From a virus (Duplodnaviria; Caudoviricetes): a stretch of DNA of 51,481 bases. The position numbers and the translations under genes are program-made. Where the stretch lies: IMG/VR virus record IMGVR_UViG_3300048576_000578, positions 1-51,481 of that record. One strand, given 5' to 3'. The notes under the pieces are model-generated. The model searched no databases, had not been told where the DNA came from, and saw nothing but the letters and a program-made list of their open reading frames with translations. Shown here piece after piece: positions 28,333 through 35,910 of this stretch; position 1 is the first letter of the stretch, and each line of letters starts with the position of its first letter.

Positions 28333-28650
28333 TCAGGATTGGTTGCCAGAGGCTTCTGCTTCGGCCTTGGCTTTCGCTTCTGCCTCGGCCTTGGCTTTCG
28401 CTTCTGCCTCGGCCTTGGCTTTCGCTTCTGCTTCGGCCTTGGCTTTCGCTTCTGCCTCGGCCTTGGCTTTCGCTTCTGCCTCGGCCTTGGCTTTCGCCTC
28501 TGCCTCGACATCAACCTTGTTTTCTTTCACGCGCGCAAAGCCGCGAGTCACCAGGGATTTCGCTTCGGCGGAATCCTTGATTTCGATTTCGTCACCGGGT
28601 TTGACGTTGCCTTTCCCGGTGACGAGGGTGATCAATGCGATGAGTTTCAT
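28333..28650 (-). CDS. Small head-region protein (lambda gpFI position) with (EAEAKAKA)6 tail
   Basis: Directly after the major capsid gene; ATG at 28650 with GGAGGG RBS. Confidence 0.6.
   Translation of the reverse strand: MKLIALITLVTGKGNVKPGDEIEIKDSAEAKSLVTRGFARVKENKVDVEAEAKAKAEAEAKAKAEAEAKAKAEAEAKAKAEAEAKAKAEAEAKAKAEAEASGNQS
28352..28507. repeat. 24-bp coding tandem repeat, about 6.5 copies
   Basis: Unit GCTTCTGC(C/T)TCGGCCTTGGCTTTC. Confidence 0.95.
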
Positions 28651-28664
28651 GATCACCCTCCCGA

Positions 28665-29678
28665 TCAGCGAACGGTCGCGCAGAGCGAGGCGTTCGGGCG
28701 GAACGGGACCATCAGCGGTGCCGACTGCATGAGCAGGTAGCGGACCGCCGGGTCCTTTTCCAGCCAGGACTTCGGGAAGTAGGACATGGCTTCGATGCCG
28801 GCTTCTTCGTCCAGGATCGCGCCAAAGCAGCGGACGCCTTCCAGATCCGCGCTGACCATGACCACGGTGTAGTCCGGCAGGTACGGGGTGAGCGCCTTGG
28901 TGTCCGGGTCTTCGTACCAGTCCGAGTACACCCAGCAGTCGTAGGTACCGATGTTGCCCATGTACTTGGCGCCGGCGCCGCCGATGGTGGAGACCAGCTG
29001 GTCGTCACCACGGAAGCGATCGAGCAGCTTCTGCACCTTGGCCGAGGCGCTGAACAGCTGCCAGGCCTTGACGTCGAAGACCAGCTGGTTGGCAGCGGCG
29101 CCAGAGTGAAGCGCGATTTCGAGCGCCCACTTCTCGACATCGTCCAACGGCTCGACGCCGGATTCTCCCCAACGAGCCGTCAAGGTCAGCGCCTTGGTAA
29201 GGTCGGCATGGCGACCAAAATCCAACTCGACGGTCTCGTACTGTTCGCCGGAAATGGTGGCTTTGCCACGGCGCAGGGCTTCGACGGCCATCAGTTCGAG
29301 GCGGCGGCCGAGCATTTCGATCTGGTCGACCATATCGTTGGCCAACTTAAGCTGCACGCGCTGAGCCGGCGAGATTTCGCCACCGATCCGCTCGCCGATG
29401 GCGCGTTTCATGGCGCCATTCGGATTGAAAACGCGCTTGTCCTTGACATAGGCCGGCTTGAACGTCTTCGTGACAAATCCGTTTCCGGTGACGACCTTGC
29501 CGGCGACGACCGGCGAGACGAACGGGGCGATGCGGCGGCGACCGTTGGCGACGTCGAAGTGGATTTCCTCGGTGGTTTCCAGCTGTTCTTCGCGGAAGAA
29601 GCTGTTGAGGAAGAAGTGGCTCGGCTGCGGCAGCTCGCGGACGACGCGGCGCAGAACTCCGGTGGTAAAGATGTCCAT
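28665..29678 (-). CDS. Major capsid protein, lambda gpE family
   Basis: [29 protein letters not shown] motifs; follows gpD. Confidence 0.93.
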   Translation of the reverse strand: MDIFTTGVLRRVVRELPQPSHFFLNSFFREEQLETTEEIHFDVANGRRRIAPFVSPVVAGKVVTGNGFVTKTFKPAYVKDKRVFNPNGAMKRAIGERIGGEISPAQRVQLKLANDMVDQIEMLGRRLELMAVEALRRGKATISGEQYETVELDFGRHADLTKALTLTARWGESGVEPLDDVEKWALEIALHSGAAANQLVFDVKAWQLFSASAKVQKLLDRFRGDDQLVSTIGGAGAKYMGNIGTYDCWVYSDWYEDPDTKALTPYLPDYTVVMVSADLEGVRCFGAILDEEAGIEAMSYFPKSWLEKDPAVRYLLMQSAPLMVPFRPNASLCATVR

Positions 29679-29689
29679 GTGAGACTCCC

Positions 29690-30070
29690 TTAGTCGATCA
29701 TGTTGATGATGGTGATGCCCTTGGCGCGCAGACCCTCGGTGATGCTGGCCACAGTGTGGGCGGTGCCGAGCGTGAGTGCCTGGGCAGCAAAGTCGCCACG
29801 GGCATAGGCGAGCGCCTGAGCGTCGGCGCTGGTGGCGTCAACGTCTTGGGCCAGGATCAGGTCCGGCGTCTGGCTACCGTCGCTGGAGGCAGACAAGGAC
29901 TTGACGTACTTTCCCGAGGCAGTGACCTTGCCCAGGACGGTGCCGCGAACCAGCACGCCCTGGCCGCTGACGATGGTGATCTTGCGACCGACGAGCAGAT
30001 GGGCGTTTCCGGCAATGAGGTTGTCCTCGGTGCTGGTGCCGACCGTTTCGAATTTGGCTTTGGTGTCCAT
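29690..30070 (-). CDS. Head decoration protein, lambda gpD family
   Basis: RGTVLGKVTASGKY, DGSQTPDLILAQD, YARGDF motifs. Confidence 0.9.
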   Translation of the reverse strand: MDTKAKFETVGTSTEDNLIAGNAHLLVGRKITIVSGQGVLVRGTVLGKVTASGKYVKSLSASSDGSQTPDLILAQDVDATSADAQALAYARGDFAAQALTLGTAHTVASITEGLRAKGITIINMID

Positions 30071-30082
30071 TTGCGCGGCTCC

Positions 30083-30475
30083 TTACTTGAGATTCAGCGT
30101 GGCGACGATGGACGCGGCGATCGCATCCTCGGTCTCGGCGCCGGCATCCGGCTTGCCTTCCACACCCGACACATCCGGGTTCTTGGTGGCAGCCATGGCG
30201 GCGGCGAAGGGGTTGGCGGCAGCGGCCGGGGCTTGCGTTGCGGCAGGCGCGGCGCCAAGGATGGCGGTGGATTGTTCCACGCTCAGGCCGGTGCTGATGC
30301 AGGTTTGCGCCAGTTCCGGGTTGCCCTTGGCGGCGGGCAGCGCGAGGATGCCGCTGACGCGGGCGGACTCGGCAGCGACGCCAGCGGCATGGCCTTCGGC
30401 GCGTGCTTTGTCCAGGTCGGACTGGGTGATGACGGGCGCGGTGGTTTGACCCGTCGGGTTCTGGGTGCCTTCCAT
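30083..30475 (-). CDS. Nested in-frame scaffold (Nu3-like)
   Basis: Internal ATG at 30475 with AAAAGGAG RBS, as in lambda C/Nu3. Confidence 0.65.
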   Translation of the reverse strand: MEGTQNPTGQTTAPVITQSDLDKARAEGHAAGVAAESARVSGILALPAAKGNPELAQTCISTGLSVEQSTAILGAAPAATQAPAAAANPFAAAMAATKNPDVSGVEGKPDAGAETEDAIAASIVATLNLK

Positions 30476-31429
30476 GTTGATCTCCTTTTGGTTGGCGGTT
30501 GCGGAGTTGCGGGCGGGTTGCCCGACGGGATATAGCCGGGCGCGTTGCCCGGCCAATTCGGAAATGAGTTGATCGGTGGTGCTGATGCGGCTGGCAAGGC
30601 CGGCGTCGACTGCGGCCTGGCCGCGATAGGTCTGCGCCTGCGTCTTGCGCAGGGCTTCAGGCTCGACGCTGAGGGCGGCGGCGGCGGTGTCGATGAACAG
30701 GGCGTAGAGGCTATTGATCTCGGCTTGCCAGTCGGCGCGGACAGCATCCGGCAGCGGCTCGAATTGATTGCCGTCGACTTTGTGGGCGCCAGCGAAGATG
30801 TGCGTGACCTTGATGCCTTCGCTGGCCAGCGCGGCGGAGAGGTCGATATGGCGCATGACGACGCCAATGGAGCCGGCGTAACCAGTGCTGGTGATGGCGA
30901 GTTCGTCTGCGGCGATGGCGGAGAGGTAGCCGGCGCTGGCCGCGACACCGTCGGCAATGGCGACCATGGGCTTTTTGCCCTTGAGGTCAAGCAGGCGGGC
31001 GTGGTGCTCGAAAGCGCCCTGCACTTCACCGCCCGGGGTATCCATGACGCGCAGGATGGCGTGAATATCCGGGTTGGCCATGGCGTCTTCGACGTCGGCG
31101 GTCAGATCGTTGTAGCCCTGCATGAAGCTGCAGTCGGCCATGACGAACTTTGAGCGATGCACCAGGGCGCCGGAGGTGTTGAGCACGGCGACGCCATCAA
31201 TGACCTGGTAACCGCGTTCGGAGCGTTCGCCCCGGCGGGTGCTGAACATTTCAGGCTGCGGCGCGGCGCTGGTGGATTGTGCGGCAGCCAGGGCGGCAAG
31301 GATGGCGGCGGCCTGCTGATCGTTGCCGAACAGGCGCGGGCCGATGCCGGCGATCATGGCATCGAGCTTCTGCGGGTGGATCAGCAGCGGGGTGTTGAAG
31401 ATGCGGGCGAGGATGGCGGGATAGTTCAT
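30083..31429 (-). CDS. S49 family prohead protease (lambda gpC-like) with C-terminal scaffold
   Basis: DTPGGEV, AASAGY, AGSIGV, AGAHKVDGN motifs. Confidence 0.92.
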   Translation of the reverse strand: MNYPAILARIFNTPLLIHPQKLDAMIAGIGPRLFGNDQQAAAILAALAAAQSTSAAPQPEMFSTRRGERSERGYQVIDGVAVLNTSGALVHRSKFVMADCSFMQGYNDLTADVEDAMANPDIHAILRVMDTPGGEVQGAFEHHARLLDLKGKKPMVAIADGVAASAGYLSAIAADELAITSTGYAGSIGVVMRHIDLSAALASEGIKVTHIFAGAHKVDGNQFEPLPDAVRADWQAEINSLYALFIDTAAAALSVEPEALRKTQAQTYRGQAAVDAGLASRISTTDQLISELAGQRARLYPVGQPARNSATANQKEINMEGTQNPTGQTTAPVITQSDLDKARAEGHAAGVAAESARVSGILALPAAKGNPELAQTCISTGLSVEQSTAILGAAPAATQAPAAAANPFAAAMAATKNPDVSGVEGKPDAGAETEDAIAASIVATLNLK

Positions 31430-33255
31430 TACTCATCCTCCCCACCAGGAACGCCAGGATCACCTTCGCTTGTAGGCGTAATGGTGATTGGCCGACGAAC
31501 CCCACCATCAGACTTCCATGAAGATGCAACTGCATCCCCAGCTTGAGGCAAACGCATCATTGATCTCACCGCCGACTCGTCGTCTTCCTGCGGGGTTAAA
31601 ACACCGGCACGAACCGCAATGCCGTACGAGTCAACAAATGTTTTCATATCGATCTCCGTGCCTTCCGATTCGGCATCATCCGAGGCACTTTCTTCGCCGC
31701 CATGCGTCGGCGTCGCGCTGGTGCTCGGCTTATTTGCGTTGCCGCCGAGGGGCGGCAGGCCACGCTCGGCGCGCATAGTCTGCTCGACCTGCTGCTGATC
31801 GAGGACTTCTTCATAGTCTTCGCCCTGCTCAGCGCATTCTTTTTCCATAGTCGAGAGGCCACCGGCGACGCGGAGGATGGCGGCTTGCGCCTCCTTGACT
31901 GGATCGACCCAGCCCTTGCCGCCGAAGATGAAGCGGCAGCGGGTGTAGGCGTAGCGCTGCTGGTAGAAGTTGACGGCTTCGATCTCACCGGCGTTGACGG
32001 CCTCTTCCAGCCACAGCTCATAAATGGGCTTGAGCCAGGTGCTCATCAACCAGCGGCGGCGACCGCTGAAGTAGCGCCAGGCTTCGAGCAATGCGGCGCG
32101 GGCGCTGCTGTAGTTGGTCTTGCTGAAATCCTTGAGCAGCAGCTCATAGGGAATGTTCATGCCGGCGGCGATGTGCCGCAGGACGGCGAGCATGAAGGCC
32201 TCGAAGGCTTGATTCGGGCGGCCTGGCGTGAAGGTACTAACCTTGGCACCAACCGGAAGCGGAATGACGGCGGCGCCTTCGAGCTTTCGGATGCTTTGGG
32301 CTTGCCTGACTGACTGATTCCAGGCGCCGCGCGGATCTTGGCCGAACAGGGCGCCAGCGCTTTCCTGGTCGAGGTCAGATTCGAGGAAGGCGGCGACGAG
32401 CGACGAGGCGACACTGGCCTGCAGCTCATTGCTGCTGTACTTCCCGGCCATGTGAAATTCCTTCATCACAGCGGCCAGGATCGGCTTGCCTCGGCTTTGT
32501 CCGGTGCGTTCCTTGTCGTGCAAATGAATCACGCGGCGACGTCCCCAAGCGGTGAAGGCCGGGACGATTTCCCATTCCTTGACGGCGGCACGGGCGCCAA
32601 ACAGACCGTAGGCGTCGCCGGGGTGACGCTTGAGGAATGCATAGTTGATGGGCGCGCCATCGTCATCGAACTGGATGCCGCCGCGCCAGTCGTCTCGGTG
32701 TTCCAGGTGCGTTGGCGTGCAGAGGCGATCGGCTTCGATCAGCTTGATGCGCGTCGACCAGCGGGCGTCCGGGCGGGGTTTCCAGATCGGCAGGGCGACG
32801 GCATCGCCGTTGGTGAAGGCGCCGGTCAGGGCTTGCAGGGTGAGGCCGAGCAGATCGAGCGTGCGGCCGGCATCGACTTCGCCGGGCATTTCGGCGTAGC
32901 TGCGGAACTTGGCTTCGGCGATGTTTTCCCAGGCCAGCGCCTTGTCACGCGTCCAGCCGAGCAGGCGGTAGTCGGGCGTGGCTGAGAGCTTTAGGACGCT
33001 ACCGACGATGTTGTCGCGCAGGGTCTGCAGCCCGCCGGCGACAAGGCCGTTGTTGCGCGACAGGTCCCGGCTGCGGGACATGAGGGTTTCGAGATCCGGC
33101 AGCAGGTCGGCATCCGCACTGGCAGCGATGGGGTTCCAGCCCTGCAGGGCGAGGTCGGAACCGCTGGCGGCATGGTGCGAGACGGCGGAAGCGCCGGCCG
33201 GGCCTTGATGGGCGGCGGCGAGGCGGGCGGGATGGCGGCGGCTGCGGCGTGCCAT
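31429..33255 (-). CDS. Portal protein, lambda family, with C-terminal extension
   Basis: SRSRDLSRNN, GQSRGKP, DFSKTNYSSARAALLE, WVDPVKE motifs. Confidence 0.93.
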   Translation of the reverse strand: MARRSRRHPARLAAAHQGPAGASAVSHHAASGSDLALQGWNPIAASADADLLPDLETLMSRSRDLSRNNGLVAGGLQTLRDNIVGSVLKLSATPDYRLLGWTRDKALAWENIAEAKFRSYAEMPGEVDAGRTLDLLGLTLQALTGAFTNGDAVALPIWKPRPDARWSTRIKLIEADRLCTPTHLEHRDDWRGGIQFDDDGAPINYAFLKRHPGDAYGLFGARAAVKEWEIVPAFTAWGRRRVIHLHDKERTGQSRGKPILAAVMKEFHMAGKYSSNELQASVASSLVAAFLESDLDQESAGALFGQDPRGAWNQSVRQAQSIRKLEGAAVIPLPVGAKVSTFTPGRPNQAFEAFMLAVLRHIAAGMNIPYELLLKDFSKTNYSSARAALLEAWRYFSGRRRWLMSTWLKPIYELWLEEAVNAGEIEAVNFYQQRYAYTRCRFIFGGKGWVDPVKEAQAAILRVAGGLSTMEKECAEQGEDYEEVLDQQQVEQTMRAERGLPPLGGNANKPSTSATPTHGGEESASDDAESEGTEIDMKTFVDSYGIAVRAGVLTPQEDDESAVRSMMRLPQAGDAVASSWKSDGGVRRPITITPTSEGDPGVPGGEDE

Positions 33256-33257
33256 CG

Positions 33258-33488
33258 TTACACCAGGTAGATTGGGCCGCGCTGGTTGCGCCCTGCCCGT
33301 CTGTCGATTTCGCCGGTGACTTCGTCCAGCGAGGCGCGCAGTTCCTTGACGGCGGCCGGGTCGTACTGGATGCGCTTGTCTGCCCAGCCCTGAGCAGACG
33401 GACCGGTCAGACGGTCATTGAGCGCGGTCGTGAATTTGTCTCGGAGCTCGACAAGTTGCGAATCGGTGAGGTGGCTGTACGTTCCCAT
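33258..33488 (-). CDS. Head completion protein, gpW-like
   Basis: 76 aa gene immediately upstream of the portal; RIQY...ELR and RGPI motifs. Confidence 0.75.
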   Translation of the reverse strand: MGTYSHLTDSQLVELRDKFTTALNDRLTGPSAQGWADKRIQYDPAAVKELRASLDEVTGEIDRRAGRNQRGPIYLV

Positions 33489-33490
33489 GA

Positions 33491-33550
33491 CCGGCAGATT
33501 GCCGGGATGGGGCGGAAATTTTTAGGGGAAATTTTCCTTAATTATTTCCG
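33491..33550 (-). promoter_or_regulatory. 60-bp repeat, copy 2; putative late promoter of the head operon
   Basis: 58/60 identical to 24609-24668; ends 2 nt before the gpW ATG. Confidence 0.65.
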
Positions 33551-33897
33551 GCTGGAATCATGGCTGCCCACTGGCTGCGCTGGGTTTCCGAATCTTCGCG
33601 GTCGGCCAGCCAGGCCGCGTAGGCTGGCCCGTCGAAGCCGACGAGCCGGAGCCGGCCGGGGAATTCGGCGAGAAGCGCGGCGCAGACGGATTGCTGCGGG
33701 CGCCAGAGCACCGGTTCTCGACCTGGCAGGCTGGCCCAGTCATCGAGCGAGTCATACCAGACCAGCGCGATATCGTCATCAGCCGGGGCGGACGCTATCT
33801 GTTTGACCGCCGCGTCTATTGCGGACTGACGCCATTCGGCCAGGCGGGTGATGCGCTGAGACACATCGGGCGGCACGGCAAATTCGCCGGCTTCCAT
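33538..33897 (-). pseudogene. Aca2/YdiL (DUF1870)-like protein lacking its N-terminal HTH
   Basis: EAG..AVPPDV, LVWYDSLDDW, WRPQQSVCAALLAE resemble Aca2 (WESG..PVPDDV, FYRTLDDY, WRLTQAVAATLFAE, from memory); ORF begins where the HTH ends. Confidence 0.7.
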
Positions 33898-33920
33898 ACT
33901 TCCTATTTCGGAAGTTGCAA
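33898..33920 (-). promoter_or_regulatory. Remnant promoter/operator: -35 TTGCAA plus palindrome ACTTCC-N6-GGAAGT, no intact -10
   Basis: Same AATCCTTG context as the promoter at 35595; fused directly to the truncated aca2-like ORF. Confidence 0.45.
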
Positions 33921-33995
33921 GGATTTTTTCATGTTTTTTTGGTGAGCGGGGTGCCGCCGCACTGATGGATAGCGTAGCCAGCTTTTGGCGACCGG

Positions 33996-34023
33996 AAAGA
34001 AAAAGCCCGCGCTTGGCGGGCTT
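33996..34023 (-). terminator. Intrinsic terminator closing the acr operon
   Basis: AAGCCCGC-CAAGC-GCGGGCTT-TTTCTTT on the minus strand, overlapping the last repeat. Confidence 0.85.
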
Positions 34024-34182
34024 GCTGCCTATCCGGCAGTGATTTCAAAGCTATATCTATTTTTACTAAGCTGCCTGTCCGGCAGTTTTCGAACTCACCA
34101 CGATACCTTTTCTGAGCTGCCTATCCGGCAGTTATTGCTTTCGCGTAATTACTTTTACTAAGCTGCTTATCCAGCAGTTCGG
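34017..34182 (-). CRISPR. Non-canonical mini-array of four type I-F-like repeats with three 18-nt spacers (candidate RNA anti-CRISPR / crRNA-mimic array)
   Basis: Hairpin cores at 34025, 34071, 34117, 34163 (46-bp period). Minus-strand units CCGAA-CTGCTGGATAAGCAG-CTTAGTAA, AATAA-CTGCCGGATAGGCAG-CTCAGAAA, GAAAA-CTGCCGGACAGGCAG-CTTAGTAA, AATCA-CTGCCGGATAGGCAG-CAAGCCCG, versus I-F consensus GTTCA-CTGCC-N5-GGCAG-CT(T/A)AGAAA. Confidence 0.85.
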
Positions 34183-34196
34183 CAATTACACATTCA

Positions 34197-34523
34197 TCAA
34201 GCATTAAAGTCAACGTAGCGTCGAGCGGCCGCGCCGCGCACATCGTCCGGATAGCGATTCTGGTGCATCCAGTCGTGGAATTCATTCGCAATTCGTCGGT
34301 ATTCACGAACATCATCCGCGCGGATCACCCCGCCTGTTTTGAGCAAGCGAAGACACGCCGAAATATGGGCCTTGTCGGCTTCTGTCGGGGAAATGACTAC
34401 CGGCGCTTGAGGCTCCGGTGTGGCAACAACAGTGGGCGCAGAAAGCCGGCGCTGGTACTCATTCATTGCCGCCGAAATCAGCTTCGAGAGATCAGCGGTC
34501 GAGAGTTTTTCAAGTTCGATCAT
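34197..34523 (-). CDS. Hypothetical 108-aa protein, candidate anti-CRISPR/anti-defence
   Basis: ATGA-coupled to the acrIF24-like gene; directly upstream of the repeat array. Confidence 0.6.
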   Translation of the reverse strand: MIELEKLSTADLSKLISAAMNEYQRRLSAPTVVATPEPQAPVVISPTEADKAHISACLRLLKTGGVIRADDVREYRRIANEFHDWMHQNRYPDDVRGAAARRYVDFNA

Positions 34524-35173
34524 TTTTTTACCCCGAGCTTTTTCAGCAGCAGATGCCATGCCGAAAAGCTGATGTTCTGTCGCGTTCTGGCGCCGTCCGC
34601 CGCCGTGTATTTGCGGAAATTCTGAGCTGTCATGCCGACTAGGCCGGCAGCCTTTGCGCCGCTGATGCCGGTAAATGATCCTTCGCAAACGATATGCCGA
34701 AGCTCCCAGCTTGTTGGCGCACGCCACAGTTCCGGATCTTCTGTCACGACTTCACCAGGCAGCAGGTTTTTTACCCAGCATAGCGGCGCGGCGCTGTTCA
34801 TTGACCTCGCGATCGCGTATTCGTCGATAGATACTGGCATCGAATACAGTCGGTTCTCGCTCTGTAGCCAGAATTCGGCGCGATCATCAATCAGGCCGGC
34901 GGTCATTCCGTCGACAATCGAACTTTCGCAAACAAAACCGGCGATCCGCTCACCGTTTTGAAGCAGGTTGATTGTGTGCAGCTCTGTCTTGCTGCGCAGA
35001 TCATTACGCAAGCGGGCGAAACAATCCCCCAGCGACTCGGCGACTTCGTGCCGCGTGTTTCCTTCGACATCGATATTAATGGCCAGTGTCTTCAGGCCGT
35101 AGCTGATATCAGCTTTGCCGCCGGATCTTGGACGGACCTCGAAAGGCCCGACCATGAAGTTTTCTTTCAGCAT
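34520..35173 (-). CDS. acrIF24: AcrIF24-like type I-F anti-CRISPR with C-terminal HTH (Acr-Aca fusion)
   Basis: VGPFEVRP, DDRAEFWL, PVSIDEY and LLPGEV...WRAPTSWELRH.VCEGSFTGISGA...NFRKYTA...RQNISFSAWHLLL..LGVK match P. aeruginosa prophage AcrIF24 as recalled. Confidence 0.88.
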   Translation of the reverse strand: MLKENFMVGPFEVRPRSGGKADISYGLKTLAINIDVEGNTRHEVAESLGDCFARLRNDLRSKTELHTINLLQNGERIAGFVCESSIVDGMTAGLIDDRAEFWLQSENRLYSMPVSIDEYAIARSMNSAAPLCWVKNLLPGEVVTEDPELWRAPTSWELRHIVCEGSFTGISGAKAAGLVGMTAQNFRKYTAADGARTRQNISFSAWHLLLKKLGVKK

Positions 35174-35187
35174 GATCGGGGTTCCTT

Positions 35188-35514
35188 TTATTTTCCGGCG
35201 TTGGACATAAATTCTTCTTCGCTGACGCCGTAAGCTACAGCGAAGGCGGCGCGTGCGGTGGCGTACTTAGCGAGGATCGCGGTGGCGATTGCGAAGCGCT
35301 GCTTGCTGGTCGTTTTTGCATAACGATTGTTGCGGTTGCCGCGGATGGTTGCTGCAATGCTGGCGGCTTTTTCGTCGCCGAGCGTATCGACGATCTTCAG
35401 GACGGTGCTGTCGTCGGCGTAGGATTCGAGAACGTAGCGCTGAGCTTGTTCGCCATTGAATTGATTTTCAGCCCGGACGACTGCGTCGGCAGCGAATTCG
35501 ATGTGCATTGTCAT
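35188..35514 (-). CDS. Hypothetical 108-aa protein, candidate anti-CRISPR
   Basis: First gene behind the operator-controlled promoter; AGGAG RBS; directly upstream of the acrIF24-like gene. Confidence 0.65.
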   Translation of the reverse strand: MTMHIEFAADAVVRAENQFNGEQAQRYVLESYADDSTVLKIVDTLGDEKAASIAATIRGNRNNRYAKTTSKQRFAIATAILAKYATARAAFAVAYGVSEEEFMSNAGK

Positions 35515-35566
35515 GATCTTCTCCTGAGAGGTACAGCGCTAGCGGGATTGCTGTGCTGATGGGTTT

Positions 35567-35595
35567 ATAATAGCGCGATTCGCGCTATATATCAA
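35567..35595 (-). promoter_or_regulatory. acr promoter TTGATA-17-TATTAT with operator palindrome ATAGCGCGA-N-TCGCGCTAT
   Basis: Perfect 9-1-9 inverted repeat at 35570-35588 lying between and overlapping the -35/-10 boxes. Confidence 0.85.
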
Positions 35596-35618
35596 GGATT
35601 ATTTGCAAGTTTATTGCA

Positions 35619-35906
35619 TTATTTTTCGAACAGAATTTGCCTGATCCGCCGAGGCGTCCGGTCAAAAAACTTTGCCAGTTCGTCAATGTTGTCTCCCGTG
35701 AAACGGCGTCTGACTTCAGCGGCCAACTGGGATGCGCTCATCGCCCGCTTGCGGGTGTATTCAACCCGCCCGGCGATACGCAGGCGGATGCGGTCGGCGA
35801 CGTAGCGCGGCTGGTCGTCGAGCGGGATGTTGGCGATGCGCGCCTGGCGCATTTCTTCCTCGACCACGGAGGGGATGTCGTCATCGGTGCGGGCAGTGTC
35901 GGTCAT
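35619..35906 (-). CDS. Mor/C-family transcription activator-like protein
   Basis: C-terminal FTGDNIDELAKFFDRTPRRIRQIL HTH; follows the terminase. Confidence 0.75.
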   Translation of the reverse strand: MTDTARTDDDIPSVVEEEMRQARIANIPLDDQPRYVADRIRLRIAGRVEYTRKRAMSASQLAAEVRRRFTGDNIDELAKFFDRTPRRIRQILFEK

Positions 35907-35910
35907 GGTG

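Noticed and set aside
28352-28507. Tandem repeat as a possible CRISPR or iteron
   Set aside because: No spacers; in-frame coding repeat.
34045-34062. Spacer 3 sharing ATATAGC with the acr promoter at about 35584-35590
   Set aside because: Only 7 nt in AT-rich sequence; expected by chance. No convincing protospacer for any spacer was seen in the window by eye.
34017-34182. Interpretation as an ordinary adaptive CRISPR array
   Set aside because: No cas genes or leader, all repeats degenerate at their 5' ends, spacers 18 nt rather than about 32 nt, and embedded in an acr transcript.
34121-34315. 64-aa ORF crossing the repeat array, and the longer 34197-34727 start
   Set aside because: Overlaps better-supported genes; ATGA coupling favours the start at 34523.
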